Under the pieces are notes generated by a model. It made no database searches and was not told the origin of the DNA. It saw nothing but the letters and a program-made list of their open reading frames with translations. Below, piece by piece: positions 25,916 through 35,061 of a DNA stretch of 64,000 bases (the stretch's first letter is position 1; the number at the start of each line of letters is the position of its first letter). This DNA comes from an uncultured Verrucomicrobiae bacterium (GTDB lineage: Bacteria > Verrucomicrobiota > Verrucomicrobiia > Chthoniobacterales > UBA10450). Both the position numbers and the translations under genes were made by a program. The stretch lies in the NCBI GenBank assembly GCA_963848215.1, contig CAWKCU010000012.1, forward strand, positions 16,684-80,683, in the 5' to 3' direction.

Positions 25916-28321
25916 TTATTCAGCCCGCAGCACGACCATCGGGTCGACACCGGCGGCGCGACGCGCCGGAAGCCAGCAGGCCAAAACGGCCACCGCGATC
26001 AAGAGCGCGGGCACACCGATGTAAACGCTCGGATCACCGAAGCCGACGCCGACGAGGGAGCTGCCGATCACCTTGTTGAGACCAAGCGCCGCCAGCCAGC
26101 CGACGAGCGCGCTGATCAACACGACGCGCAAGTGTTGCCAGACCATGAACCAGACGACCGAGCGCTGAGTGGCGCCGAGGGTCAGCCGCACGGCAATCTC
26201 TCGCGTGCGTTGGGCCAGGGCGTATGCCAGCACGGCGTAGAGACCGATCGCCGAAAGCGCGAGCGCCAGTGGGCCGAGAACGGAGAGCATTCGGGCGGGG
26301 ACTCGCTGCATGAAGAGGTTGTCGTCCACATGCCGCGCGAGCGTGCGCGGCTCGATCAAGGTGATTTCAGGATCAAGACTCCGCACCGCCTCCCGCATGG
26401 CGGGAAGAAGCGCACGCGGGTCGCCCGAACGCGCGCGCACGTGCAAGGTGGGCGCGAAGATGAATTGCGCCCGCATCGTCAGCCAGGCGACGGGGCGCGG
26501 GCTTTCGTTGAGACTCAGGTATTTCGAATTCCGCACGACGCCCGCGATCTCATAAAAGGTCCCGTTGATCTCGAAGCGCCGTCCCACGGGCGAAACTCCC
26601 GGCCAGTAGCGGCGGGCCATTTCCTGATTGATCACCGCATCGAGCGGCAGCTCGGTGCGGCTGAGCGGCGAGAGGTCGCGCCCCTCGACGAAGGGCATGC
26701 CCATGCTCGCAAAATAGCCAGGCGTGACGTTAAACCCGAGAGCTTTCCTTTCCGGATCGAACGGCGCGCCTTCGACGTTGATGACCGCCGTGTTGAGGCC
26801 GCGAATATCGAGCGGAATGAGGGCGGCAGCGGACGCCCGCTCCACTCCTGGCGAAGCTTCCAGTTTTTGTATGAGTTGATCCAGGAAAACGCGGCCGGTC
26901 TCCTTGTTGTAGCCGCGCCCCGCGAGATCGACGCCGGCCAGCATCACGCGGTCTTGATCGAAACCGGGGTTGGCCACAAGAGAGTTGCGAAAGCTTTTCA
27001 GGAAAAGACCGGCGAGCACAAGCACGATGAGCGCGACGGCAACCTGCAAGCCAACCAGGAGATCGCGCATCCGGCTGCGCCCGCCGAGGCTGCCGCGTCC
27101 GCCGCGAAGCGATTGCAGAATATCGCTGTGGGCCAGTTGCCAGGCGGGCGTGAGACCAAAGGCGACGCCGCAAACTGATCCCAGCAAGATCGCGAACGCG
27201 AGGCTGGAACCATCAAGGTGCGGCGTGATCTTGAGCGGGAGATTCGCCGGGAGCGGAATTTGCGCGAGGGCGTCGACGCCCCAAAGCGCGATAAGCAGGC
27301 CGCCCACCGCGCCGCCAATTGCGAGCACCAGACTTTCGCTCAGGAGCTGGCCGATGATACGGCCGGGTCCGGCGCCCAAGGCGAGGCGCACGCCGATCTC
27401 TCGCTCGCGGACACTGGCCCGCGCCAGGAGGAGGTTGGCGGTGTTCGCGCAAACGACGATGAGGATCAGGACTGCGAATACCTGGAGCGTGGCGAGAGCG
27501 TAAACAATATTTTCGCCGCCGCGCGGGACGCGCCAGAGCGGGAGCAATTCATAGCGAAGGCCCTTGTTCGTCTCGGGATAAGTTTCGATGAGGCGTTGGG
27601 CGGCGCTGTTCAGTTCGGCCTGCGCCTGTTCTGGCGTCACGCCGGGCTTCAATTGCGCGAGCATGAAATAGGCACGGGAGGTCCGTTTCGTCAGCTCCTG
27701 AGTGGCGGGTTGCAACTCGGTCGCCATGGTCAACGGGATCCAGATATCGAACCCTAACGAGTTCATGCCGCCGCGGAATCGTTCCGGCGTTACGCCGATC
27801 ACGGTCAGCGCGCGGTTGTTGAGCTTGATGGTTTGGCCAATGACGTTGGGCGCTCCTTTGAAATGAAGCTGCCAGAGATCGTGCGAAATGACGGCCACCG
27901 GTTCTGATCCCGGCCGCGTCGCTTCCTCCGGCCGGAAGAAGCGGCCGAGCGCGGGACGCGTGCCGAGCACGTCAAAGAAATTGCCGGAAACGAACTGGCC
28001 AAAGATCCGCGCGTCCCGTTCGGAATCGCCCAGATAAAAGGCGCGGGGGCGCTGCGCGGCGATGCCCTGAAAGGACGAGACCATCTCGTGGAGGTCGCGA
28101 TATTCGAGCCAGGAAGTGGAGACGTAATTGCCGGTATCGTCCTTCGTCTCCAGCGACCAGACCGAGGCGGTTATGCCGGGGAGCGGTTCAAAGACTTGAG
28201 CCTTGAGCCAACTAAAGATGACGGTGTTCGTTCCGATCCCGATCGCCAGGGACAGGATCACCACCGCGGAGAGCCAGGGAGTCTTCGTCGCCGTGCGGAA
28301 GGCGTGACGAAGCGTGTGCAC
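25916..28321 (-). CDS. ADOP family duplicated FtsX/MacB-type ABC permease (no adjacent ATPase)
   Basis: Intact 801 aa ORF. The N-terminus LRHAFRTATKTPWLSAVVILSLAIGIGTNTVIFS is followed by two MacB-periplasmic plus FtsX modules (REIGVRLALGA and REIAVRLTLGA). Confidence 0.85.
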   Translation of the reverse strand: MHTLRHAFRTATKTPWLSAVVILSLAIGIGTNTVIFSWLKAQVFEPLPGITASVWSLETKDDTGNYVSTSWLEYRDLHEMVSSFQGIAAQRPRAFYLGDSERDARIFGQFVSGNFFDVLGTRPALGRFFRPEEATRPGSEPVAVISHDLWQLHFKGAPNVIGQTIKLNNRALTVIGVTPERFRGGMNSLGFDIWIPLTMATELQPATQELTKRTSRAYFMLAQLKPGVTPEQAQAELNSAAQRLIETYPETNKGLRYELLPLWRVPRGGENIVYALATLQVFAVLILIVVCANTANLLLARASVREREIGVRLALGAGPGRIIGQLLSESLVLAIGGAVGGLLIALWGVDALAQIPLPANLPLKITPHLDGSSLAFAILLGSVCGVAFGLTPAWQLAHSDILQSLRGGRGSLGGRSRMRDLLVGLQVAVALIVLVLAGLFLKSFRNSLVANPGFDQDRVMLAGVDLAGRGYNKETGRVFLDQLIQKLEASPGVERASAAALIPLDIRGLNTAVINVEGAPFDPERKALGFNVTPGYFASMGMPFVEGRDLSPLSRTELPLDAVINQEMARRYWPGVSPVGRRFEINGTFYEIAGVVRNSKYLSLNESPRPVAWLTMRAQFIFAPTLHVRARSGDPRALLPAMREAVRSLDPEITLIEPRTLARHVDDNLFMQRVPARMLSVLGPLALALSAIGLYAVLAYALAQRTREIAVRLTLGATQRSVVWFMVWQHLRVVLISALVGWLAALGLNKVIGSSLVGVGFGDPSVYIGVPALLIAVAVLACWLPARRAAGVDPMVVLRAE

Positions 28322-28495
28322 GGGTTTGGTTATGCCCGGAAATTATGGGATCCGCAAGAGTGCGGAGGGGGAGGAACAGGCTCCTTCAAAAACGTCCGCA
28401 TTCCGGAGCGGAGATCCGCAAGCAAAGGGCACATGGGGCCAGGAGCTGGTTAGCCCGCGCCCCGCCGACCAAAAGGTCAGCGGTCACGCGCGAGA

Positions 28496-28714
28496 TTAAC
28501 TGTGGGAGACGACTGCAGTCTGGGCGGAGGCCTGCGCCTGATCGGTGAACGGCAGCTTGATGGGCTGATGGGCCACCTGCCAGATCGCGACCACCGCGCT
28601 CAGGACGATGACGCCGTAAACGAGGGTCTCAAACAGATTGCGTTCTTTTTCTTCGGCCTGCACCAGCATGGAGTAGGTCGACTTCACTTTGTGGGTTGGG
28701 TTGTTTGATTTCAT
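28496..28714 (-). CDS. small single-pass membrane protein, hypothetical
   Basis: 72 aa with one hydrophobic helix (LVYGVIVLSAVVAIW). It is preceded by a consensus sigma-54 promoter. Confidence 0.45.
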   Translation of the reverse strand: MKSNNPTHKVKSTYSMLVQAEEKERNLFETLVYGVIVLSAVVAIWQVAHQPIKLPFTDQAQASAQTAVVSHS

Positions 28715-28743
28715 AAGGATTTGTTTGGTTATGCCTCTCCTTA

Positions 28744-28759
28744 TGCAATGCCCGTGCCA
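28744..28759 (-). promoter_or_regulatory. sigma-54 (-24/-12) promoter
   Basis: The minus strand reads TGGCACGGGCATTGCA, an exact match to TGGCAC-N5-TTGCA. The -12 box ends 30 nt upstream of the ATG at 28714. Confidence 0.7.
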
Positions 28760-28828
28760 CGGACTTAAAGAATGTTATAAACTGTCGTATCAGAGCGAGT
28801 TACATCTTTGTATCAATTCTGCGCGGCG

Positions 28829-28842
28829 CGGAATTTATTCCG
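28829..28842. promoter_or_regulatory. perfect 14-bp palindrome CGGAATTTATTCCG, candidate enhancer (UAS) site
   Basis: Centred about 78 nt upstream of the -24 box. An AT-rich stretch (28771-28820) lies between the two. Confidence 0.35.
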
Positions 28843-28896
28843 TCCCCGGGATCAGGCCGTTCCGATTTTGGGACGGCGAAATGGGCTACTTCTTAA

Positions 28897-28962
28897 CAAG
28901 GAGCGGCGGTCTCCAGACCGCCGTCATGGTAAGACGGGCGGTTTGGAAAGCGCCCCTCCTTG
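28897..28962. repeat. double-hairpin repeat family E copy 1
   Basis: CAAGGAGCGGCGGTCTCCAGACCGCCG...GGGCGGTTTGGAAAGCGCCCCTCCTTGG, immediately downstream of the rplQ stop. Confidence 0.7.
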
Positions 28963-28975
28963 GAGGAAAGCGAGG

Positions 28976-29470
28976 CTACTTCTCTTCGGCTTCGGACTTC
29001 GTGGCGTCGCTTTTCTTCGACTTGCGGTCCGGCTTTGCGTCCGCGTCTGCGGCTGGCTTGGCGCCCTTGCGCTTCTTGCCTTTTTCCTCCGCGACGGGCT
29101 CGTCGACGACCAGCGGCGAATCGACCCACTCGATGAAGGCGACGGGAGCTGAATCGCTCTTGCGCGCACCGAGTTTGACGATGCGCGTGTATCCACCATT
29201 CCGCGACGCGGAACGAGGCGCGATGTCCTCGAACAATTTCTTCACCGCATCCTTTTGCCGAAGGACCGCGAGCGCCGTGCGCCGTGCGTGGAGCGAACCC
29301 TTCTTGCCGAGGGTCACCATCTTTTCCGCGAGGGGGCGGACCGCTTTCGCCTTGGCCAGGGTGGTCTTGATCCGCTGGTGCTCGATCAAACTGCAAACCT
29401 GATTGGCGAGCAGCGCTTTCCGGTGCTCGGCGGTGCGGCCGAGTTTGACGGTTTTCTTTTGGTGCCTCAT
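28976..29470 (-). CDS. rplQ: 50S ribosomal protein L17 with Lys-rich C-terminal extension
   Basis: [25 protein letters not shown]...[21 protein letters not shown]...[10 protein letters not shown]. Confidence 0.95.
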   Translation of the reverse strand: MRHQKKTVKLGRTAEHRKALLANQVCSLIEHQRIKTTLAKAKAVRPLAEKMVTLGKKGSLHARRTALAVLRQKDAVKKLFEDIAPRSASRNGGYTRIVKLGARKSDSAPVAFIEWVDSPLVVDEPVAEEKGKKRKGAKPAADADAKPDRKSKKSDATKSEAEEK

Positions 29471-29510
29471 GGATTCGTCCTCGACGCTGAGAGTTGCCTA
29501 TCGTGCGGTT

Positions 29511-30551
29511 CTATTTTTCTTCGTCGGCCGAGCCATTCACGCCGGCGCCATCGGTGGCGATCGGGGTTTCTACCAGGCCTGGATCGAATTTCATTCCGAG
29601 ACCGAGTTGCAGTTGCTGCAGCTTGTCCTTGATCTCGTTGAGCGACTTCTTGCCGAAGTTGCGATACTTGAGCATCTCGGCCTCGGTCTTCTGCGCGAGC
29701 TGGCCCACGGTGGTGATGTTGGCGTTGTTCAGGCAGTTCGCCGCGCGGACGCTGAGCTCGATCTCGTTCACGCTCATGTTGAGGAGCTTCTTGAGCTTCA
29801 TGTTCTCTTCGCTCACGCCGGCTGGCGTCTCGTCGAACTCGATGATGTCTTCGTTGAAATTCACGAACACATCGAGGTGATGGCGCAGAATCGCAGAAGC
29901 CTGGAGGAGGGCGTCGTCCGGAGTCAGGCGGCCGTCCGTCCAGATCTCGAGGATGAGCTTGTCGTAGTCGGTCCGCTGTCCGACGCGGGTGTTTTCCACC
30001 GCGTATTTCACGCGGGTGACTGGTGAGAAAATGGAATCGATGGGGATAAGCCCGATCGGCTGATCGGCGCGTTTGTTTTCATCGCCGGTGGCAAAGCCGC
30101 GGCCGACGCGCACTTCGAGTTCGGCGTCGAACTTATGCTTCTTGTCCATCGTGCAGATGAGCTGGTCGGGGTTCAGGACCTCGAAGCCCTGGATGACCTG
30201 GATGTCGCCGGCGGTCACTTCGCCTTCCTTGTTCACGGAGAGGGAAAGCTTGCGCGGCTCATGCTCGGCGGCCTTGAACTTGATGCGCTTGAGATTGAGA
30301 ACGATGTCGGTCACGTCCTCGACAACGCCAGGCAAAGTGGCGAACTCGTGTTGCGCGCCGGTGATCTTCACCGCGGTGATGGCAGCGCCTTCCAGCGAGG
30401 AAAGGAGCACGCGGCGAAGGGAATTGCCGACCGTGTGGCCGTAGCCCGCTTCGAACGGCTCGGCGACGAATCTCGCGTAGGTTTCCGTGGCGCCGTGCTC
30501 GTCTTTGACGAGGGTCTTCGGCATTTCAAAACGACCGTAATGAACTGGCAT
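29511..30551 (-). CDS. rpoA: DNA-directed RNA polymerase subunit alpha
   Basis: GYGHTVGNSLRRVLLSSLEGAAITAVKI..., with the C-terminal domain ELSVRAANCLNNANITTVGQL. Confidence 0.95.
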   Translation of the reverse strand: MPVHYGRFEMPKTLVKDEHGATETYARFVAEPFEAGYGHTVGNSLRRVLLSSLEGAAITAVKITGAQHEFATLPGVVEDVTDIVLNLKRIKFKAAEHEPRKLSLSVNKEGEVTAGDIQVIQGFEVLNPDQLICTMDKKHKFDAELEVRVGRGFATGDENKRADQPIGLIPIDSIFSPVTRVKYAVENTRVGQRTDYDKLILEIWTDGRLTPDDALLQASAILRHHLDVFVNFNEDIIEFDETPAGVSEENMKLKKLLNMSVNEIELSVRAANCLNNANITTVGQLAQKTEAEMLKYRNFGKKSLNEIKDKLQQLQLGLGMKFDPGLVETPIATDGAGVNGSADEEK

Positions 30552-30767
30552 AAGCTAATTTCGGATTGCGGATTTCGGAATGCGGAAAGGTTTTTTCTCT
30601 CCGGTTTCCGGTTTCTACTCTCCGGTATCTCCAAAGCGCCGGGTTTCCCCTGACGAGTGCGGCCTCACGTCCAGCGACGGAAACCCAGGGACCAACGGCG
30701 CAACTTCAAAAACTCGTTGCGGGACGGGAATGAACACTAGCAAGCCGGCTTTGCAAGCGGGATTTCG

Positions 30768-30826
30768 GTAGGGCGAGACGCCGTCGAGCCGAAAACGGCG
30801 CGGCTCGACAGAGTCTCGCCCTACCA
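30768..30826. repeat. hairpin repeat family D copy 1 (intergenic)
   Basis: GGTAGGGCGAGACGCCGTCGAGCCG-aaaacggcg-CGGCTCGACAGAGTCTCGCCCTACC. Confidence 0.8.
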
Positions 30827-30843
30827 AGCAGATTACGGCGAAA

Positions 30844-31281
30844 TCATCCTTCCACGATGCTATCCGGCAGCTCGTTTCCGCGATCCGAGCTTTTCGGAAA
30901 ATAGCGGGCCAGCAATTGCCCGGCGGATTCAATCGCCTCTACTAACGCATCGGTGAACTCCTCGCGGACGAAGTGCTCCCGCATTTTCTCCACCAAATCC
31001 TGCCAGAATTCGTTTCCGCATTTCTGGTGCACACCTTCATCGCCAATCACGGCGAACTTGCGCGCCCGGGGCGCGACGTAAATCAGGATGCCGTTTCGTT
31101 CCCGCGTCTGTTCCATGCCGAGTTGCCGAAATTTGCTTTGGGCGTGATCGAACGCGTCGCCGTCCAATTCGCCTCGTTGAACGTAAATGCGAATTTCGCC
31201 CGACGTTCCCGCCTCGGCTTCCTTAATGGCCCGGACGATCCGGTCATGATCAAGCTGGCTCAGAAATGTCTTCGTTCGCAT
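30844..31281 (-). CDS. TPM domain-containing protein
   Basis: 145 aa. SGEIRIYV...NGILIYVAPRARKFAVIGDEGV fits the TPM (TLP18.3/Psb32/MOLO-1) fold family. Confidence 0.75.
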   Translation of the reverse strand: MRTKTFLSQLDHDRIVRAIKEAEAGTSGEIRIYVQRGELDGDAFDHAQSKFRQLGMEQTRERNGILIYVAPRARKFAVIGDEGVHQKCGNEFWQDLVEKMREHFVREEFTDALVEAIESAGQLLARYFPKSSDRGNELPDSIVEG

Positions 31282-31286
31282 GCGAT

Positions 31287-32162
31287 CTACCAGCTGCCGC
31301 TTGAGCCGCCTCCCCCAAATCCGCCGCCGCCTCCACTAAACCCGCTGAATCCGCCGCCGGAAGAGGAACCGCTCGACCAGCCACTTCCAGGGCTGGACCA
31401 GCCGCCGATAAAAGGTCCACCCATGCTGGAGTAACCGTAGCCTTTTCGCCGCCGCCCGACCCGCGTGAAAACCAGAAAAATCAGCAAGAGCAGGACGAGG
31501 AAAAGGAGGCCATTGCCGCTTCCGCTCTTTTTGTCTGCTTCGGCGTTAGTTTTCCCGTCGCCTTTATATTCTCCGCGAATCGCCTTGAGGATGAGATCGA
31601 TCCCCTCAGCCAGACCAGCCGGATAATCGCCGTTCCGAAAATGAGGGTTCATGTGGCGCGAGCGGATGTCGAAAGCCGTGATGTCTGGCAGCGCCCCTTC
31701 CAGGCCGTAACCGACTTGAATCGAGCTCTTCCGATCTTCGATAAAGACCAGCAGCGCTACGCCATTCCCGCCGCTCTGCCCTTTTCGACCGATGCCCCAC
31801 GCCTGGGCGATACGTTGAGCATAGTCCTCAATGGACGAGTCGGACTCCATTTTGGGAAAGACGGCGACGACCACCTGGTTCGAAGTTTCGCGCTCGAACT
31901 GCGCGAGCTTTTCATTGAGCTGCGCCGCTTTTTCTTTCGAGACGACCCCGGCGTAGTCATTGAAATACCCGGCCGGTTTAGGCGGAATGACTTCGGCGGC
32001 CAAAGCCTCGGCGGCGAGAACGCTAAAGAAAAGGAGCGCCGCTCCTAATACGTGCCGCCGAAGAAACCCCAAACCCCAAGCTCGCCACGGCGAGTCCGTC
32101 CGGCGGCGGACTCCAAATCCCAATGAAGCCTCAAGCACCGAGCTCCAAGAGCGATTGCGCAC
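31287..32162 (-). CDS. TPM domain protein, YgcG-like, with TM helix and Gly/Ser-rich tail
   Basis: YFNDYAGVVSKEKAAQLNEKLAQFERETSNQVVVAV...VALLVFIEDRKSSIQVGYGLEG, with the tail GGGFSGFSGGGGGFGGGGSSGSW. Confidence 0.8.
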   Translation of the reverse strand: MRNRSWSSVLEASLGFGVRRRTDSPWRAWGLGFLRRHVLGAALLFFSVLAAEALAAEVIPPKPAGYFNDYAGVVSKEKAAQLNEKLAQFERETSNQVVVAVFPKMESDSSIEDYAQRIAQAWGIGRKGQSGGNGVALLVFIEDRKSSIQVGYGLEGALPDITAFDIRSRHMNPHFRNGDYPAGLAEGIDLILKAIRGEYKGDGKTNAEADKKSGSGNGLLFLVLLLLIFLVFTRVGRRRKGYGYSSMGGPFIGGWSSPGSGWSSGSSSGGGFSGFSGGGGGFGGGGSSGSW

Positions 32163-32223
32163 AACTAGGTTGGAATTCGGAGCTTCTTTGGAGCTTGGGG
32201 CCTGGGATTTGGGATTTCCACCG

Positions 32224-32883
32224 CTACGGAGTAGCGGTCGGCACCGGCGGGGGAGCCACGGCCGGAGGCGCGGGCGGCTTGTTAAAATCGAACTTCACTT
32301 CAGGCGCTTTCTCGGCGCCTGGGGCTGCGTTGAAAAATGGCCGCGGCTGGAAGCCAAACATCTTGTTCAGCATGTTGGTCGGGAATCGCGCGAGCGCGGT
32401 GTTGTAATCCTGGACCGCGGTGTTGAAATTATTTCGTTCCACCGAGATGCGGTTCTCGGTGCCTTCCAGCTGGGCCTGGAGATTCTGGAACGCTTCAGTC
32501 GCGCGAAGCTGTGGATAATTTTCAGTCACGACCAGGAGCCGCGACAGCGCCGTGCTCAATTGTCCCTGGGCCTGCTGGAATCTTTCCAGCTCGGCCGCGT
32601 CAGTCGGCGCCTTGCTTGGGTCGAGTTTAACCTGGCCGACGCTGGCCCGCGCGTTCGTCACTTCGGTCAGGGTGGACTTTTCGAAATTCGCCGCGCCCGA
32701 CACGGTGCTGACCAGATTGGGAATCAGATCGGCTCGGCGCTGATAGACCGATTGCACGTCGGCCCACTTCTTATTGACCGTCTGCTCGAGGGTGACGAGC
32801 TGGTTGTAACTCCCGCAGCCGGTAAAGCTAAACAACAGGACCAGGAGCGATGCTCTGGCGAATCCGCGCATAAAATTTTTCAT
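32224..32883 (-). CDS. lemA: LemA family protein
   Basis: Lipoprotein-like start (FSFTGCGSYN), then WADVQSVYQRRADLIPNLV...NYPQLRATEAFQNLQAQLEGTENRISVERNNFN. Confidence 0.9.
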   Translation of the reverse strand: MKNFMRGFARASLLVLLFSFTGCGSYNQLVTLEQTVNKKWADVQSVYQRRADLIPNLVSTVSGAANFEKSTLTEVTNARASVGQVKLDPSKAPTDAAELERFQQAQGQLSTALSRLLVVTENYPQLRATEAFQNLQAQLEGTENRISVERNNFNTAVQDYNTALARFPTNMLNKMFGFQPRPFFNAAPGAEKAPEVKFDFNKPPAPPAVAPPPVPTATP

Positions 32884-32938
32884 AGATCAGGATCGCGCAC
32901 CGTGGCGCGGGGGAATCGTCGTCAAACTAGAGGTGAAG

Positions 32939-33574
32939 TCAATCCTGCGCGGGCGCTGGCTCCGGCGGCGGCACCTCAGCTTCCGCCGGTATTTCCTTGC
33001 GCGGCGCGCTTGGCAGATAACGGGTCCGGAGTTCCTCCGCGTTCGGGAGCTCATCGAGGTCGCGCAGACCGAAATGCTCGAGGAAGAATTGGGTGGTCTC
33101 GTAGAGGAGGGGGCGGCCGGGGACTTCGGCCCGGCCGGCGATCTTCACCAGACCTCGCTCCATCAGATTCTGGAGCACGCCGTCGACGGCCACGCCTCGC
33201 ACCGCTTCGATGTCCGCACGAGTGATCGGTTGCCGATAGGCGACGATGGCGAGCGTCTCCAGGGAGGGAGGCGTCAGGCGCGCCGGTTTCACCGCCGGAA
33301 ATAATTGACGGACCCACGGCGCGTAAGCGGGGTCGCTCACCAGCTGCCAGCCCTCCGCCTTTTCCACCAACTGGAAGGCATGGCCTTGCTGGACATACTC
33401 GATTTTCAGTTGCTCGAGAGTGGCCGCCATCTGGGCCTCGGACGTCTTGGCGAACTCGTTCGGCGTGAGCTCGTCTTCAGCGCCGGCGCCTTTAACAGCA
33501 GCCACGAGCTCCCGCGGAGTGAGCGGCTTTTGCGCGCTAAACAAGAGCGCTTCGATGACCTGGGTGAGATTCAT
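32939..33574 (-). CDS. scpB: SMC-Scp complex subunit ScpB
   Basis: VIEALLFSAQKPLTPREL...ETLAIVAYRQPITRADIEAVRGV...GRPLLYETT. I chose the ATG at 33574 to avoid overlapping glmM. Confidence 0.85.
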   Translation of the reverse strand: MNLTQVIEALLFSAQKPLTPRELVAAVKGAGAEDELTPNEFAKTSEAQMAATLEQLKIEYVQQGHAFQLVEKAEGWQLVSDPAYAPWVRQLFPAVKPARLTPPSLETLAIVAYRQPITRADIEAVRGVAVDGVLQNLMERGLVKIAGRAEVPGRPLLYETTQFFLEHFGLRDLDELPNAEELRTRYLPSAPRKEIPAEAEVPPPEPAPAQD

Positions 33575-33596
33575 AGGGCTATGCGACTTATACGAC

Positions 33597-35000
33597 CTAT
33601 ATCCCAATCTCGCTTTGGATCGCCTCCGCGATCCGGTTCGCCTGGCGATCTATCTGCTCCAGCTCGCGGCCTTCAATGAGCAACCGGATCTTCGGTTCTG
33701 TCCCCGAGTATCGGAGCAGGACCCGGCCTTTCCCGGAAAGCTCCTTTTCGGCATCGCCGACCAGCTTCATCACCGCGGGCAATTCTTCGAGCGGACGTTT
33801 CTCTTTCACCTTTAAGTTCCGCTGCGCCTGCGGGTATTTCTTCAGGCATTGCTTCAGCTCGCTCAACGGTTTTCCCGTCGTCTTCATGATCCGCAACACT
33901 TGGAGCGCGCTGATGATCCCATCCCCCGTGGTGGTGAAATCGCGGAAAATCATGTGGCCGCTTTGTTCGCCGCCGAGATTCAAATTTCGCCCGACCATTT
34001 CCTCGATGACATAACGATCGCCCACTTTGGCGCGCACGACTTTGCCGCCCAGCGCCGCGAGCGCTTCGTCGAGTCCAAAGTTGCTCATCACCGTGGCGAC
34101 CAGCGTCTGTTCCTGAAGCCGGCCGGACTTCAACAGATCCACCGCGGCAATGGCGAGAATCTCGTCGCCATCGACCAGCTCGCCTTTCTCGTCGCAAAGC
34201 AGAACGCGATCGGCGTCGCCATCATGCGTGATCCCGATTTGCGCCCCGCTTTCCCTGACCGCGCGCTGAATTTCGGAAGGGAACGTGCTGCCGCATTGTA
34301 AATTGATGTTCGTTCCGTTTGGCTCGTCGTGAATGACCGTCAGGTCCGCGCCCAGCTCGCGCAGAATGCACGGCGTCGATTTGTAGGCGGCGCCATTCGC
34401 CACATCGACTGCGATCCGGATTTTCTCCAACGACATGCCGCGTGGGAAACTGGCTTTCGCAAACTCGACATAACGGCCGAGGGCATCGTCGATGCGGCGC
34501 GCCCGGCCGATCTTCCCAGCCGTCGGCCGAATGGAATCAATCTCCCCGCTGAAAACCAGATCTTCAATCTGTTGCTCGACCTGGTCGTCGAGTTTGTAGC
34601 CGTCGTGTCGGAAAAACTTGATGCCGTTATCTTCGTAAGGGTTGTGCGACGCGGAGAGGACGATGCCGGCATCGGCGCGGAGCGACCGTGTGATGTAAGC
34701 CACGCCGGGCGTCGGCAGCGGCCCGATCAAAAGCACATCCACGCCCAGCGAAGTAATGCCGGCCACGAGCGCGTTCTCCAGCATGTAACCGGAGAGCCTT
34801 GTGTCTTTGCCGAGAACAATCTTCGGCCGGGCCCCGCTCGGATGTTCGCGCGGATTAAGCTGGGTGAAAATGTGAGCGGCAGCGCGACCCAGTTTCAGCG
34901 CCGTCTCCGCGGTCACCGGCTCGACGTTCGCCACGCCGCGCACCCCATCCGTTCCGAAAATCTTTTTTGCCTGCGCCACCGTTGTTACATTAAGCATCAA
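33597..35000 (-). CDS. glmM: phosphoglucosamine mutase
   Basis: FGTDGVRG, SASHNPYEDNGIKF (phosphoserine loop), GDGDADR, GGEQSGH. Confidence 0.95.
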   Translation of the reverse strand: MMLNVTTVAQAKKIFGTDGVRGVANVEPVTAETALKLGRAAAHIFTQLNPREHPSGARPKIVLGKDTRLSGYMLENALVAGITSLGVDVLLIGPLPTPGVAYITRSLRADAGIVLSASHNPYEDNGIKFFRHDGYKLDDQVEQQIEDLVFSGEIDSIRPTAGKIGRARRIDDALGRYVEFAKASFPRGMSLEKIRIAVDVANGAAYKSTPCILRELGADLTVIHDEPNGTNINLQCGSTFPSEIQRAVRESGAQIGITHDGDADRVLLCDEKGELVDGDEILAIAAVDLLKSGRLQEQTLVATVMSNFGLDEALAALGGKVVRAKVGDRYVIEEMVGRNLNLGGEQSGHMIFRDFTTTGDGIISALQVLRIMKTTGKPLSELKQCLKKYPQAQRNLKVKEKRPLEELPAVMKLVGDAEKELSGKGRVLLRYSGTEPKIRLLIEGRELEQIDRQANRIAEAIQSEIGI

Positions 35001-35061
35001 GGAGCGGCGGTTTACAAACCGCCGATTTTTAGGGGGGCGGTTCGGAAAGCGCCCCTCCTTG
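34998..35061. repeat. double-hairpin repeat family E copy 2
   Basis: CAAGGAGCGGCGGTTTACAAACCGCCG...GGGGCGGTTCGGAAAGCGCCCCTCCTTG. It spans the glmM start codon, the 28-nt spacer and the last 10-11 codons plus stop of the sigma-54 activator gene. Confidence 0.75.

Noticed and set aside
25877-27178. 433-aa plus-strand ORF, one of the longest in the track
   Set aside because: It lies entirely antisense to the well-supported ADOP permease gene. Its translation is Arg/Ala/Gly/Pro-rich with no recognisable motifs, which is typical of a shadow ORF in GC-rich DNA. The same reasoning applies to 1419..2153, 2065..3063, 4572..5642, 7992..9068, 13138..13917, 20332..21300, 31960..33225 and 43147..44016.
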